From: a virus
Lineage: Duplodnaviria; Caudoviricetes
Direction: 5' to 3' (one strand)
Length of the DNA: 24,457 nt
Virus record (IMG/VR): IMGVR_UViG_3300020042_006407
Span: 1-24,457 of that record
The notes below the pieces were generated by a model, which saw nothing but the letters and a program-made list of their open reading frames with translations, was not told where the DNA came from and ran no database searches. Shown piece after piece: positions 7,815-15,122 of the stretch (positions are counted from its first letter, which is position 1; each line of letters begins with the position of its first letter). The position numbers were made by a program, and so were the translations under genes.

Positions 7815-8032
7815 GTCTTCGGCCTCTTCGCTGCGAATTGCTCCGCGATCCGCATTGCACCTTCGACGGTGTCAGCGGTGAAAGCGTGTTGTGCTTTGGT
7901 TTCCTGTGTGTAGACGTCGACGCGAAACCGTCCTGCGTAGGTCATGGCGCAGGTAAAGACGAAGGTGCGAGACTTCGTCTTATGCGTTGCCTTGATGCGT
8001 GAGCCGTCGCGAATCCATGTCAGAATTGGCAT
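7811..8032 (-). CDS. Hypothetical protein (73 aa, MPILTW...)
   Basis: GAAGGGA RBS, overlaps both neighbours, beta-beta-beta-alpha pattern. Confidence 0.7.
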   Translation of the reverse strand: MPILTWIRDGSRIKATHKTKSRTFVFTCAMTYAGRFRVDVYTQETKAQHAFTADTVEGAMRIAEQFAAKRPKT

Positions 8033-8214
8033 TCTTTGCGGTTCCCTTCTTTGCGCAACTGAGCAACGTACGCCAACGCATCGACGCGGTTTGGACAATA
8101 CCGCACGCTCATGGACCCGTCGGCGTGCTCCGCTTCGACTTCGTAGCCTCGACCATCGAAGCGCACCCACACGCGCATCGTCAACCATCGATAGTACATT
8201 TCTAAGCGTTCCAC
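8020..8214 (-). CDS. Hypothetical protein (about 64 aa)
   Basis: GTG start after GAAAGGTGG (the start could instead be 8223). It fills the operon. Confidence 0.65.
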   Translation of the reverse strand: MERLEMYYRWLTMRVWVRFDGRGYEVEAEHADGSMSVRYCPNRVDALAYVAQLRKEGNRKECQF

Positions 8215-8215
8215 T

Positions 8216-8413
8216 ACTTCCACCTTTCAACGATGGTAATTTATATTTGAAATATCCAAAGAGTGACAAAAATCATCAAAGCAAACAATAACAAGGCCAA
8301 GAGATGCATCCTTGTTCCGTATAAAAGCACGTATCCTAAAACCGCCCATCCTACAACGACAGCAATTAGTCCGCCAAAAACAACGTAAACAGGCATCACT
8401 TCCACCTTTCAAC
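8216..8413. repeat. 16-bp direct repeat flanking an AT-rich membrane-protein gene
   Basis: ACTTCCACCTTTCAAC at 8216-8231 and at 8398-8413. Confidence 0.9.
8241..8396 (-). CDS. Small two-TM membrane protein (51 aa, not in the ORF track)
   Basis: MPVYVVFGGLIAVVVGWAVLGYVLLYGTRMHLLALLLFALMIFVTLWIFQI*. TGATG overlap with the upstream gene and GAAAGGTGG RBS. Confidence 0.7.
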   Translation of the reverse strand: MPVYVVFGGLIAVVVGWAVLGYVLLYGTRMHLLALLLFALMIFVTLWIFQI

Positions 8414-8476
8414 AATAGCGGTGCTGAGTACCAGCACCACAGCCATCAGAACCACACCGAGTACAACCGTGGTCAC
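8396..8476 (-). CDS. Single-TM micropeptide (26 aa, not in the ORF track)
   Basis: MTTVVLGVVLMAVVLVLSTAIVERWK*. GTGA overlap with the upstream stop; it fills the gap exactly. Confidence 0.65.
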   Translation of the reverse strand: MTTVVLGVVLMAVVLVLSTAIVERWK

Positions 8477-8703
8477 TTCTTCGCCTCTTTCTCCGCTTCA
8501 ATCTCTTCGTGACTGATCATGCTTGCGTAGTGCAACATTGCGCACGTCTTGGTGTGCAACTCGCCGACCAACTGTTGCAGGTCGTAGCGTGTGAGTTCGT
8601 TGGGATTGTTGCGGTACAACAGCGCCACCCCTTTGATGTCTTTCAGCGCCCGCTCTGCCTGTACTGCGTACAGTTGGATGTTGCTAATGTTTGTGTGTTT
8701 CAT
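8473..8703 (-). CDS. Hypothetical helical protein (76 aa)
   Basis: GGGAGG RBS and ATGA coupling. Confidence 0.75.
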   Translation of the reverse strand: MKHTNISNIQLYAVQAERALKDIKGVALLYRNNPNELTRYDLQQLVGELHTKTCAMLHYASMISHEEIEAEKEAKK

Positions 8704-8888
8704 CGCTGGCCCTCCCTATGCTCTTGCTCCCGCTGCTTGATTACCCGGGACAACTGCGCCATTCTCGCCATCAGTGCGGTGTACCGCTCTTTTTCTCGCA
8801 TCGTCAGATACACAAATAAGCGTTGGCGTAACTCGCGAATCTCTGCGTTGACCTGCATGAGGTCGGTGTCAATCGTTGGCTTACTCAT
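8700..8888 (-). CDS. Hypothetical coiled-coil protein (62 aa, MSKPT...)
   Basis: ATG at 8888 overlaps the end of the upstream gene; helical-hairpin pattern. Confidence 0.7.
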   Translation of the reverse strand: MSKPTIDTDLMQVNAEIRELRQRLFVYLTMREKERYTALMARMAQLSRVIKQREQEHREGQR

Positions 8889-9165
8889 CGATGACACCAT
8901 CGAACACCATGCGCACCCAGTGCGTACCGCAGACGTGGTCAGCGTGGCGCTCCGTCTTTTCGAAGACGTACGAACAGCCACACGGAGCGGTCAGCGTGAT
9001 TGAGCCGACCCAAGACTTTTGCACGATGCGAAGTATGGATTGCTCCATCTCCATAGCCTGCTCGTTGTTGTACGTGGCTTCTGCGTTACGCTGACTCGTC
9101 GCAATCTTGACGCGGTACGTCAGCGCCTTCATTGACCACAGCCAAGTGATGTACGTGTTCTCCAT
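8881..9165 (-). CDS. First early gene; hypothetical protein with a Cys/His cluster (94 aa)
   Basis: AGAAAGGC RBS before MENTY; contains CGC...HADHVCGTH. Confidence 0.75.
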   Translation of the reverse strand: MENTYITWLWSMKALTYRVKIATSQRNAEATYNNEQAMEMEQSILRIVQKSWVGSITLTAPCGCSYVFEKTERHADHVCGTHWVRMVFDGVIDE

Positions 9166-9202
9166 TGCCTTGCCTTTCTGTGTAACAAAATCCCACACGG
9201 CT

Positions 9203-9232
9203 ATATTACCGTATATACAATCATGTTGTCAA
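9203..9232 (-). promoter_or_regulatory. Sigma70-type early promoter
   Basis: TTGACA (9227-9232), 18-nt spacer, TAATAT (9203-9208), with an A-rich upstream tract. The hexamers are the same as at 5853-5881. Confidence 0.8.
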
Positions 9233-9267
9233 TTCATTTTTTGATGATTTTTCGACGTGTTTTGAGA

Positions 9268-9278
9268 ATGCTACAATG
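9268..9278 (+). promoter_or_regulatory. Extended -10 promoter pointing rightwards
   Basis: ATGCTACAATG, the same 11-mer as the putative promoter at 3281-3291, here on the plus strand and back-to-back with the early promoter. Confidence 0.55.
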
Positions 9279-9282
9279 CAGA

Positions 9283-9440
9283 TGCAACTACAGCCGGTCA
9301 TTAGATATCGTAATCAAGCCCGACTGTGCGCTCTGCTCGGTGACGACCGGCGCAGTGTCTGACGAGCGTGCACCTAACGGCTTGCATTGCGCAGACAGCA
9401 GATAAAGAGACCCCGCATCTTAATCGATGCGGGGCTCTTT
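9283..9440 (+). ncRNA. Candidate structured small RNA (about 155 nt)
   Basis: Bounded by the extended -10 and the bidirectional terminator. It is GC-rich with several possible stems (UACAG/CUGUG, CGGU-gacg-ACCG, UGUCUG/CAGACA) and has no RBS-led ORF. Confidence 0.4.
9404..9440. terminator. Bidirectional intrinsic terminator
   Basis: AAAGAG-A-CCCCGCATC-ttaatc-GATGCGGGG-CTCTTT. Confidence 0.8.
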
Positions 9441-9516
9441 GCATACACCAACGCCGCCCCATGTTGGAGCGGCGTTGATGCAGATGACCGTCTGCGGGAA
9501 AGGAACCGCGTACGAC
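9404..9516 (-). ncRNA. Candidate sRNA with an anti-Shine-Dalgarno loop (about 115 nt; a longer form may start near 9571)
   Basis: Promoter at 9523-9551, hairpin GCGG-UUCCUUUC-CCGC (9494-9509), an 18-bp hairpin with G-U pairs around 9444-9482, then the terminator. Confidence 0.55.
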
Positions 9517-9522
9517 GTCTTC

Positions 9523-9551
9523 ATTGTATCACCGCGATGCAGTTCTGCCAA
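9523..9551 (-). promoter_or_regulatory. Sigma70-type promoter with no ORF downstream
   Basis: TTGGCA (9546-9551), 17-nt spacer ending TGa, TACAAT (9523-9528). A second TATAAT lies at 9578-9583. Confidence 0.65.
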
Positions 9552-9583
9552 GAATAGGACACCGCGGTAATGAGTTCATTATA

Positions 9584-9886
9584 CTACGGTCTCGTTGGCC
9601 ATTGCGTCACATTCCACACAATGTTGCCGGTGATGTCTCGCAGTTCTTGACGATAGACGCGCCACGCTTCCACCTGCGCCTCGGAAAGATTCACATCGGG
9701 CAATTGCGTGTAGTCAGAATTTACGAGCCTTAGATTGCGTTCTGCGCGAAGTGCTTGCATTGCTTGCCCTTCGGTGTACGGACGGTCTTCGACGTCGGCA
9801 CCGTCGGGAAGTACTGCATACTCTTCGCCGTACTCATCGAAGTACGCATAGGTAATGTTTCGTGGATCGTAGATGCGAAAAATCAT
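9584..9886 (-). CDS. Tail fibre assembly chaperone (100 aa)
   Basis: Signature LRAERNLRLVNSDYTQLPD...AWRVYRQELRDIT...WPTRP. The start MIFRI overlaps the upstream stop (ATGA). Confidence 0.88.
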   Translation of the reverse strand: MIFRIYDPRNITYAYFDEYGEEYAVLPDGADVEDRPYTEGQAMQALRAERNLRLVNSDYTQLPDVNLSEAQVEAWRVYRQELRDITGNIVWNVTQWPTRP

Positions 9887-10353
9887 ATCAGCACCATGTG
9901 TAATATAGGCGACTCGCCTGCGCTGTCTTCGGTTACCACTTGGAGCGTGTGCGTGCCTGTTGAGGTATGCGCTCGATACTGCACAACGTCGCTGGCCTTG
10001 AAGAATCGGGTAGCGGTGTGTCGAAACTTTACATCTCTCTGCGCGCCCGTGCCCATCGAGCAAACGTCAACAGAATTGACCAACAAATCTCCGTGTATCG
10101 TGTCGCGTGTACTTAGTGAACCAATGACGGTTACCTTGTAGTATCCAGCGATGGGCACCGTGATGGACGAGCCCGACCACGTCATGTTGCCGCCGCTGTC
10201 TATTTCGGATTGCCACGTTACGGTCACACCGGCCGTCGTGATGCTGAGCGTTGCGGTGCGGGTCAATGAGAGGAACACCGCAGTGTCACTGCGCTCTGCG
10301 GTGCTCATGCGGTCGCGCATTAATTGCGCTTCGTCAGTTTGCAGCCAAGTCAA
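9883..10353 (-). CDS. Tail-tip / receptor-binding protein with a C1q/TNF-like beta sandwich
   Basis: GAGGAGG RBS before a TTG start; short N-terminal helix, then ITVPIAGYYKVT...LLVN...FKASDVVQ. Confidence 0.65.
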   Translation of the reverse strand: MTWLQTDEAQLMRDRMSTAERSDTAVFLSLTRTATLSITTAGVTVTWQSEIDSGGNMTWSGSSITVPIAGYYKVTVIGSLSTRDTIHGDLLVNSVDVCSMGTGAQRDVKFRHTATRFFKASDVVQYRAHTSTGTHTLQVVTEDSAGESPILHMVLI

Positions 10354-11476
10354 TGCGCACCTCCTCGACTCCTTGCGAATTCATCGACAACGATACTGCA
10401 AAGATTTTGCGCGTGATGGTCGTTGTTCCAACGGTGACGACGCTTACGAGATCGCCAAGGAAATAGTCGCGACCGTAGCGCCACGCTGCCGACTGCAATA
10501 CTTGGATGTCGTACGACTGAATTTTGAAGCGTTGGCGACGGTACCGAGACCACGACAGGCTGCGCAGTTGATTCTCGGTGGTTTGGTCGCTTCCCTTCAC
10601 GTACACTTCGCGCAAATCGGTGCCGGTCGGCGCGGTCGTTGGGTAAATCGTGCGTATCGGGTTCTTGTCTTTGCCCTTGCTCCCGATGCCATGAAACAAC
10701 GTGCCGTAGTTCATGAGATTGGTTGAGCGGCTCAGGTTGCCGACGGTGTTGTTGGCTTGGCTAAATTTCACGTAACTGGTACGGTTGGCGCCGAGGTTGT
10801 CAGCGTAGAACAACGAATAGCCCAGCGTCGCACGGTCAAAGTTAACGGTAAAGTCAAGACCGCCAATGTCCGCAATCTTGACCATGGTCTCGTGTACATT
10901 TTCGCCACTGCATGACAGTTCGATAGCCGAGCCGATGCCGAGGTTCGTGGCGTTGGTTGCCGTCGTGATACGGCCGTCGGTCCATCGTTGCAACTTCGTG
11001 CCGTAGCGCCGTGTGAGCGCAGCGGTTATCACTGGTGGATTGCCATTGGCGAGACTGCCGATGTTGTAGTTCCAAAGGTTCGTCATGATTGACGAAGCGG
11101 TTGGATACGATGCCGTATTGAAGAACGACACGCCCAAAAGATTTGGATACCATGCAACAATGCGAGATTGCAAGATACACTGCGCATCGACCGCCGTTGC
11201 TTTCATGATGGGATTTTGACCGTAGATGCGATCCCAAAACCGTATGAAGCCGGTGAACTCTGTATACGCTTGCATGCCAATATCGGGGTCGCTTCGGATA
11301 ATCTCGATGATGTATCCGAAGTCCAAATCTTTGACCACTGGCGCATTAAGGTTCACGGAGAATGTCGCCACGCTTGGCGTGTTGACTTTGTGCACCACTG
11401 CGATGTCGAGCGGGGTGACGATGCCAACCGGCACCCCTGCATCGTCGTACAGTTTGATAACGTACTGTATCGCCAT
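10334..11476 (-). CDS. Siphovirus ReqiPepy6 Gp37-like baseplate hub protein
   Basis: C-terminal YGRDYFLGDLVSV motif, N-terminal YVIKLYDDAG, size 380 aa and position in the tail-tip cluster. Confidence 0.75.
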   Translation of the reverse strand: MAIQYVIKLYDDAGVPVGIVTPLDIAVVHKVNTPSVATFSVNLNAPVVKDLDFGYIIEIIRSDPDIGMQAYTEFTGFIRFWDRIYGQNPIMKATAVDAQCILQSRIVAWYPNLLGVSFFNTASYPTASSIMTNLWNYNIGSLANGNPPVITAALTRRYGTKLQRWTDGRITTATNATNLGIGSAIELSCSGENVHETMVKIADIGGLDFTVNFDRATLGYSLFYADNLGANRTSYVKFSQANNTVGNLSRSTNLMNYGTLFHGIGSKGKDKNPIRTIYPTTAPTGTDLREVYVKGSDQTTENQLRSLSWSRYRRQRFKIQSYDIQVLQSAAWRYGRDYFLGDLVSVVTVGTTTITRKIFAVSLSMNSQGVEEVRIDLAAN

Positions 11477-11478
11477 GG

Positions 11479-12375
11479 TTAGACTCGTACTACATTGAAC
11501 AACCCAGATGCAACAGATTGACCTGCCAAAGACGTCTGCAAAATGATTTTTATAATGTCATCCGCAGCCAAGAAATGCAGTGCGGTTTGTGTAATCGTCT
11601 GCGTAGCAACGCCTGCGGCCGCTTGACGTGTTGAAGATACATTTGAGCCGTTTACGTTGATTGTGACCAAACGATTGCCAGTAGTGCCAGATGAGAATGC
11701 GCACGATCCTGTTATCAAATACATACCCGCACGCTTTACTGTCATCGTGTTGGCAACGTTATCGGCAACAATGAGCCCTTCGCCGGATGATGTTGGGCTG
11801 CTAAAACTAGACAAATCGTATGACGTATTGGCCAGTGTCAGTGTAGCAATGCCTCCGCTCATCGACGCATATGCTTGATATGGCAACTGAGACGTCGTAC
11901 CAAACATTGCGTACGATGGCGTGATTGCAGTTATCACAGCACCCGCCACGGTGATGGTGCCAATTTGTACGTAGACTCGACCAGTGAGTTGTGCGCTCGT
12001 AGCGACTGCGAGTCGCACGCTGTACGTTCCAACGGTCGTGCCGGCTACGCTCCGTGACACCGTCAACGAGCCCGCGGTGCTGTTGACGAAGATGACGACG
12101 TTATACGTGGCGTTTGCTAACGTTGAAATCACAATGGCCGATGACGAAGTGTTTTCGTAGAAATAACCGCCGACAATTGCGGCGCCGTCTTGAATAGTCA
12201 GCGTACCAGTCCCCGAGCCACTCATTGCAAACTCGTTGCCGACCTGCAGCACGCCGTCGCCGAGTGTCTTTGTCTCCATCGCAATCATGCGCGACGAATC
12301 ATAGCCAGCGCCAACGTTACCATCGCCATACGCTGCCCCGGTTCCCGTTGCAAACCCAATAGATTGCTCTGCCAT
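11479..12375 (-). CDS. Minor tail / baseplate protein with a C-terminal C1q-like domain
   Basis: LTIQDGAAIVGGYFYEN baseplate-type N-terminal domain; C-terminal MTVKRAGMYLITG...INVNG...LAADDIIKI. Confidence 0.7.
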   Translation of the reverse strand: MAEQSIGFATGTGAAYGDGNVGAGYDSSRMIAMETKTLGDGVLQVGNEFAMSGSGTGTLTIQDGAAIVGGYFYENTSSSAIVISTLANATYNVVIFVNSTAGSLTVSRSVAGTTVGTYSVRLAVATSAQLTGRVYVQIGTITVAGAVITAITPSYAMFGTTSQLPYQAYASMSGGIATLTLANTSYDLSSFSSPTSSGEGLIVADNVANTMTVKRAGMYLITGSCAFSSGTTGNRLVTINVNGSNVSSTRQAAAGVATQTITQTALHFLAADDIIKIILQTSLAGQSVASGLFNVVRV

Positions 12376-12387
12376 TGCTTAGACTCC

Positions 12388-13296
12388 TTAAATACCGACG
12401 TATCGGACGTTGTAATACATGTACACTGCAGAATTGGAGTCTGTTGAAGTTGCACTGAGGCTGATTGTTTGATATGCACCAAGAAACGAAGTTTCTGGAT
12501 ACAGTCCCCAGTTCACAATATCGCTGTCTATGCTTATCGCGGCAAACTTCGATACTCCAGCGCTGTCGGTTACGGTCTTTTGTCCGTAGCGCAAATCAAT
12601 TGTCCACACTTCGCCGGCTGGTATTGTTTGCGTCAATGAGATTGCGTGACCTAGTCCGTCGTCAATCACAAGCCCAGCCAATGGGCCGTAACACTCCAAT
12701 ACCGGATACGATACAGCGGTGCCGTAGTATGCCAACGAAACAATGTTATTGACCGATGCGGCACCGTACGGGACGCCATACGGTTTCGGGTATGGCGTTG
12801 GTGTTCCAAATTGTATGTTGGTGAGTTGCAAAGGCTTCTGCGTTGGGTCGTACCATGTCGGATCGTCGGCTCGTAGTTGAATGACTGCGCGCACGTTGAA
12901 TTCGTTGGGGGTTGTGTCCATGACTGCGCCGGCAACCTTGACATCGATGCACCGTACACCGCGCAAATCTATAATAACTGCGTCGGGATTAAGTGTGTGG
13001 CGCAATGTTGCAACGTCGTTGCCCGGTCGAAACATTGCAGCGACTTTCTCGCGGTTGTTCATCATCTCGTCATACGTTTCACCGGGCACAACGAGCGGCA
13101 AATTGATGACGCGAGGATTGAGCCGGTAATCAATATCACTGTCGCCTTCTTGGAATGGTCCGCGTTGGGTGATGCGTGTTATTGGTGCAATGCCCCAATT
13201 GACGGCTCCGGTGACGTACATTGTTGCGCCACTGTAGCCGCCATTCGCTACGTTGAATTCCCACACTGCGCTTCCGCGGTAGAATTCTAATTTCAT
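12388..13296 (-). CDS. Distal tail protein (Dit-like)
   Basis: Immediately follows the tape measure gene (TAATG overlap). Contains PRVINLPL, QLRADDPTWYD, PYPKPY and IPAGEVWTIDLRYGQKTV. Confidence 0.8.
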   Translation of the reverse strand: MKLEFYRGSAVWEFNVANGGYSGATMYVTGAVNWGIAPITRITQRGPFQEGDSDIDYRLNPRVINLPLVVPGETYDEMMNNREKVAAMFRPGNDVATLRHTLNPDAVIIDLRGVRCIDVKVAGAVMDTTPNEFNVRAVIQLRADDPTWYDPTQKPLQLTNIQFGTPTPYPKPYGVPYGAASVNNIVSLAYYGTAVSYPVLECYGPLAGLVIDDGLGHAISLTQTIPAGEVWTIDLRYGQKTVTDSAGVSKFAAISIDSDIVNWGLYPETSFLGAYQTISLSATSTDSNSAVYMYYNVRYVGI

Positions 13297-15122
13297 TACG
13301 CCTCCCCCAACGTCATCATCCAAGCACGTGCGTCGTTAATCAAAGATGACTCGCTTTGTGTGTTTGCGTACGAAGCGCTGAATGTGAAGTTGTTTATCGT
13401 TTGCGCCGCGCTGTTTGCTGCTCGCTCGGACGCTCCGACAACCTCGGGTATACCATCCATGATACCGCCCGCAATACCTTTGGACACGTTGATACCAATC
13501 ATGTCGTGCATCAGTTTCGACGGTGACGAAATGCCGAAGAAGTCTTTGATTGCTTGGTACGCTTCCTTTGCTGCGGTCATCGCCGCATCTTTGAGTAGCG
13601 TTGCGCCGCTTGTGATACCGTCGGCAATACCTTGAATCAAACTTTTACCAAGTTTCAAAGCCTCGGGCTTGATGGTGTCAAAGAACGTCATAAGGTTTTT
13701 GTCAAGTGTCTTGAAGAACTCCCAGAGGTCAGTCAATGCCGTACCGACGGTCTCTTTCAACGTCGTCCAAGCGCCGGAAAAATCACCGGTTACCAGTTGC
13801 GACAACGTTGTGAGAATACCGCTCACCGCCGCCATCACGATGGTCACCAAGTTAAAGAACGTATCGAGCACCGTTTGAATATACGGCCATGCAATGGTAA
13901 ACGCTTCGCTAAGCAATGTCCATGCAATGGACGCACCTTGGAACGCCAATACGAGCACGTCGCGCACCGTAGTGGCGAGCGCACCGAGCAACGTTTGCAG
14001 GCCCTCGAGAAACGCCATAACCGTAGGCGAACCGAGGTACTCCGCAATTGCGGTTCCTGCGCTGGTCATCGCGGTCACAAAGATGGTGCCGAAGGTTGTC
14101 GCCGCATCGGTCAGCGGTTGCAAGAAGACCAACACCTGTGCAAGGTAGCCGTTCAATGTTTCGATAACACCGGGCACCGCTGCAATGGCGTTGCGGATCG
14201 TGTCGAATACTCCCGACGTGGTGCCGGTTTCTTGCATCGAAGTAATCCACCCAGACAACGAGGTGACTACGTCCGCAATGATAGGAACGACGGTGTCTGC
14301 CATGAACGTTCCGAATTCCATCAAGATGGGCATCAGCGCCTGGCCGAGGGTCTGCTGCACGTCTGCCATTTTCTCTTGCAGTACGATTTGCTGCCCTGCG
14401 TAAGTGTCCACCGCGGCCGCCGCGCTTCCGCCGAATTGGGTGTTGAGTTCCGCCATCATAATCTCTTGGGCTCCGGCAACGTCGCCCGCTTCCACCATGG
14501 CTTTGATCATGGCTTCTTGTTCTGCGGTGAACTGTACGCCGCTTCGGCTCAGCGCTGCCAAGCCTGCGACGGGGTCGTTCAACGCCTTTCCGACTTGCAT
14601 CGCTGCGCTGTCTAAGTCCATACCAAGCGCTTGAGACATGTCGAGGATGGATTGCGTCGCGCTTCCGAAGTTCTCGCCCTTGATGTTTGTGAACGTGGCG
14701 AGAACGTTCTGCGCGCCGAGGATAGCATCGTCCGAGAACAACGACTGGCCCGACGCGGCACTCATTGCGCCCGCCATGTTTGCCATCTCGGCTGCAGTCA
14801 ATCCTGCGGCACTGCCCGTCGATGCAATCACCGCTTGGGTCTGCGCAAACACCGCTTCGTACTCGCTCGCCTCTTTGATTGACCCGCCGACAAAGTCAGT
14901 GACCGCACCGAGCGCCGCTTTGCCCAAATCTGCAGCGAGACCGACGATACCTTGTCCGACGCCTTGCAAGACGCCGGTCATTACTGAGCCCATACTAGAA
15001 AACGACGTGCTCGCGTTGCCGGCTTTTTTACCAACATCGTCGAGCCCGTCGTTGACGGCCTTGGTCGCTTTGCTTGCTTCGTCTTCGCTCTTAAAGCGAA
15101 TCAGTACCGTCTCTTCGGCCAT
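13296..15122 (-). CDS. Tape measure protein (608 aa)
   Basis: Ala/Gly-rich helical protein after the chaperone genes, with GKALNDPVAGLAAL, periodic aromatic residues and GISSPSK. Confidence 0.93.
   Translation of the reverse strand: MAEETVLIRFKSEDEASKATKAVNDGLDDVGKKAGNASTSFSSMGSVMTGVLQGVGQGIVGLAADLGKAALGAVTDFVGGSIKEASEYEAVFAQTQAVIASTGSAAGLTAAEMANMAGAMSAASGQSLFSDDAILGAQNVLATFTNIKGENFGSATQSILDMSQALGMDLDSAAMQVGKALNDPVAGLAALSRSGVQFTAEQEAMIKAMVEAGDVAGAQEIMMAELNTQFGGSAAAAVDTYAGQQIVLQEKMADVQQTLGQALMPILMEFGTFMADTVVPIIADVVTSLSGWITSMQETGTTSGVFDTIRNAIAAVPGVIETLNGYLAQVLVFLQPLTDAATTFGTIFVTAMTSAGTAIAEYLGSPTVMAFLEGLQTLLGALATTVRDVLVLAFQGASIAWTLLSEAFTIAWPYIQTVLDTFFNLVTIVMAAVSGILTTLSQLVTGDFSGAWTTLKETVGTALTDLWEFFKTLDKNLMTFFDTIKPEALKLGKSLIQGIADGITSGATLLKDAAMTAAKEAYQAIKDFFGISSPSKLMHDMIGINVSKGIAGGIMDGIPEVVGASERAANSAAQTINNFTFSASYANTQSESSLINDARAWMMTLGEA

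Noticed and set aside
9284-9336. Twister ribozyme resemblance (GCCGGUC...CAAGCCCG)
   Set aside because: It lacks the UAA cleavage loop and the downstream GAG pseudoknot partner, and has a 15-nt insert in the conserved loop.
9359-9397. Hammerhead ribozyme (CUGACGA followed by a stem)
   Set aside because: The required GAAA after stem II is absent (GCAGAC instead), and stems I and III could not be built.
9524-9733. Plus-strand ORF using GAAAGGAA (9498-9505) as its RBS
   Set aside because: The TTG start is 18 nt from the motif, the ORF runs antisense into the chaperone gene, and the product does not look like a protein.
9584-12375. Diversity-generating retroelement acting on tail-tip genes
   Set aside because: No reverse transcriptase and no template/variable repeat pair with adenine-specific mismatches was seen in the window.
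13632-14615. 327-aa plus-strand ORF and the other long plus-strand ORFs
   Set aside because: They are antisense shadows of GC-rich minus-strand genes, with no RBS and no recognisable motifs.
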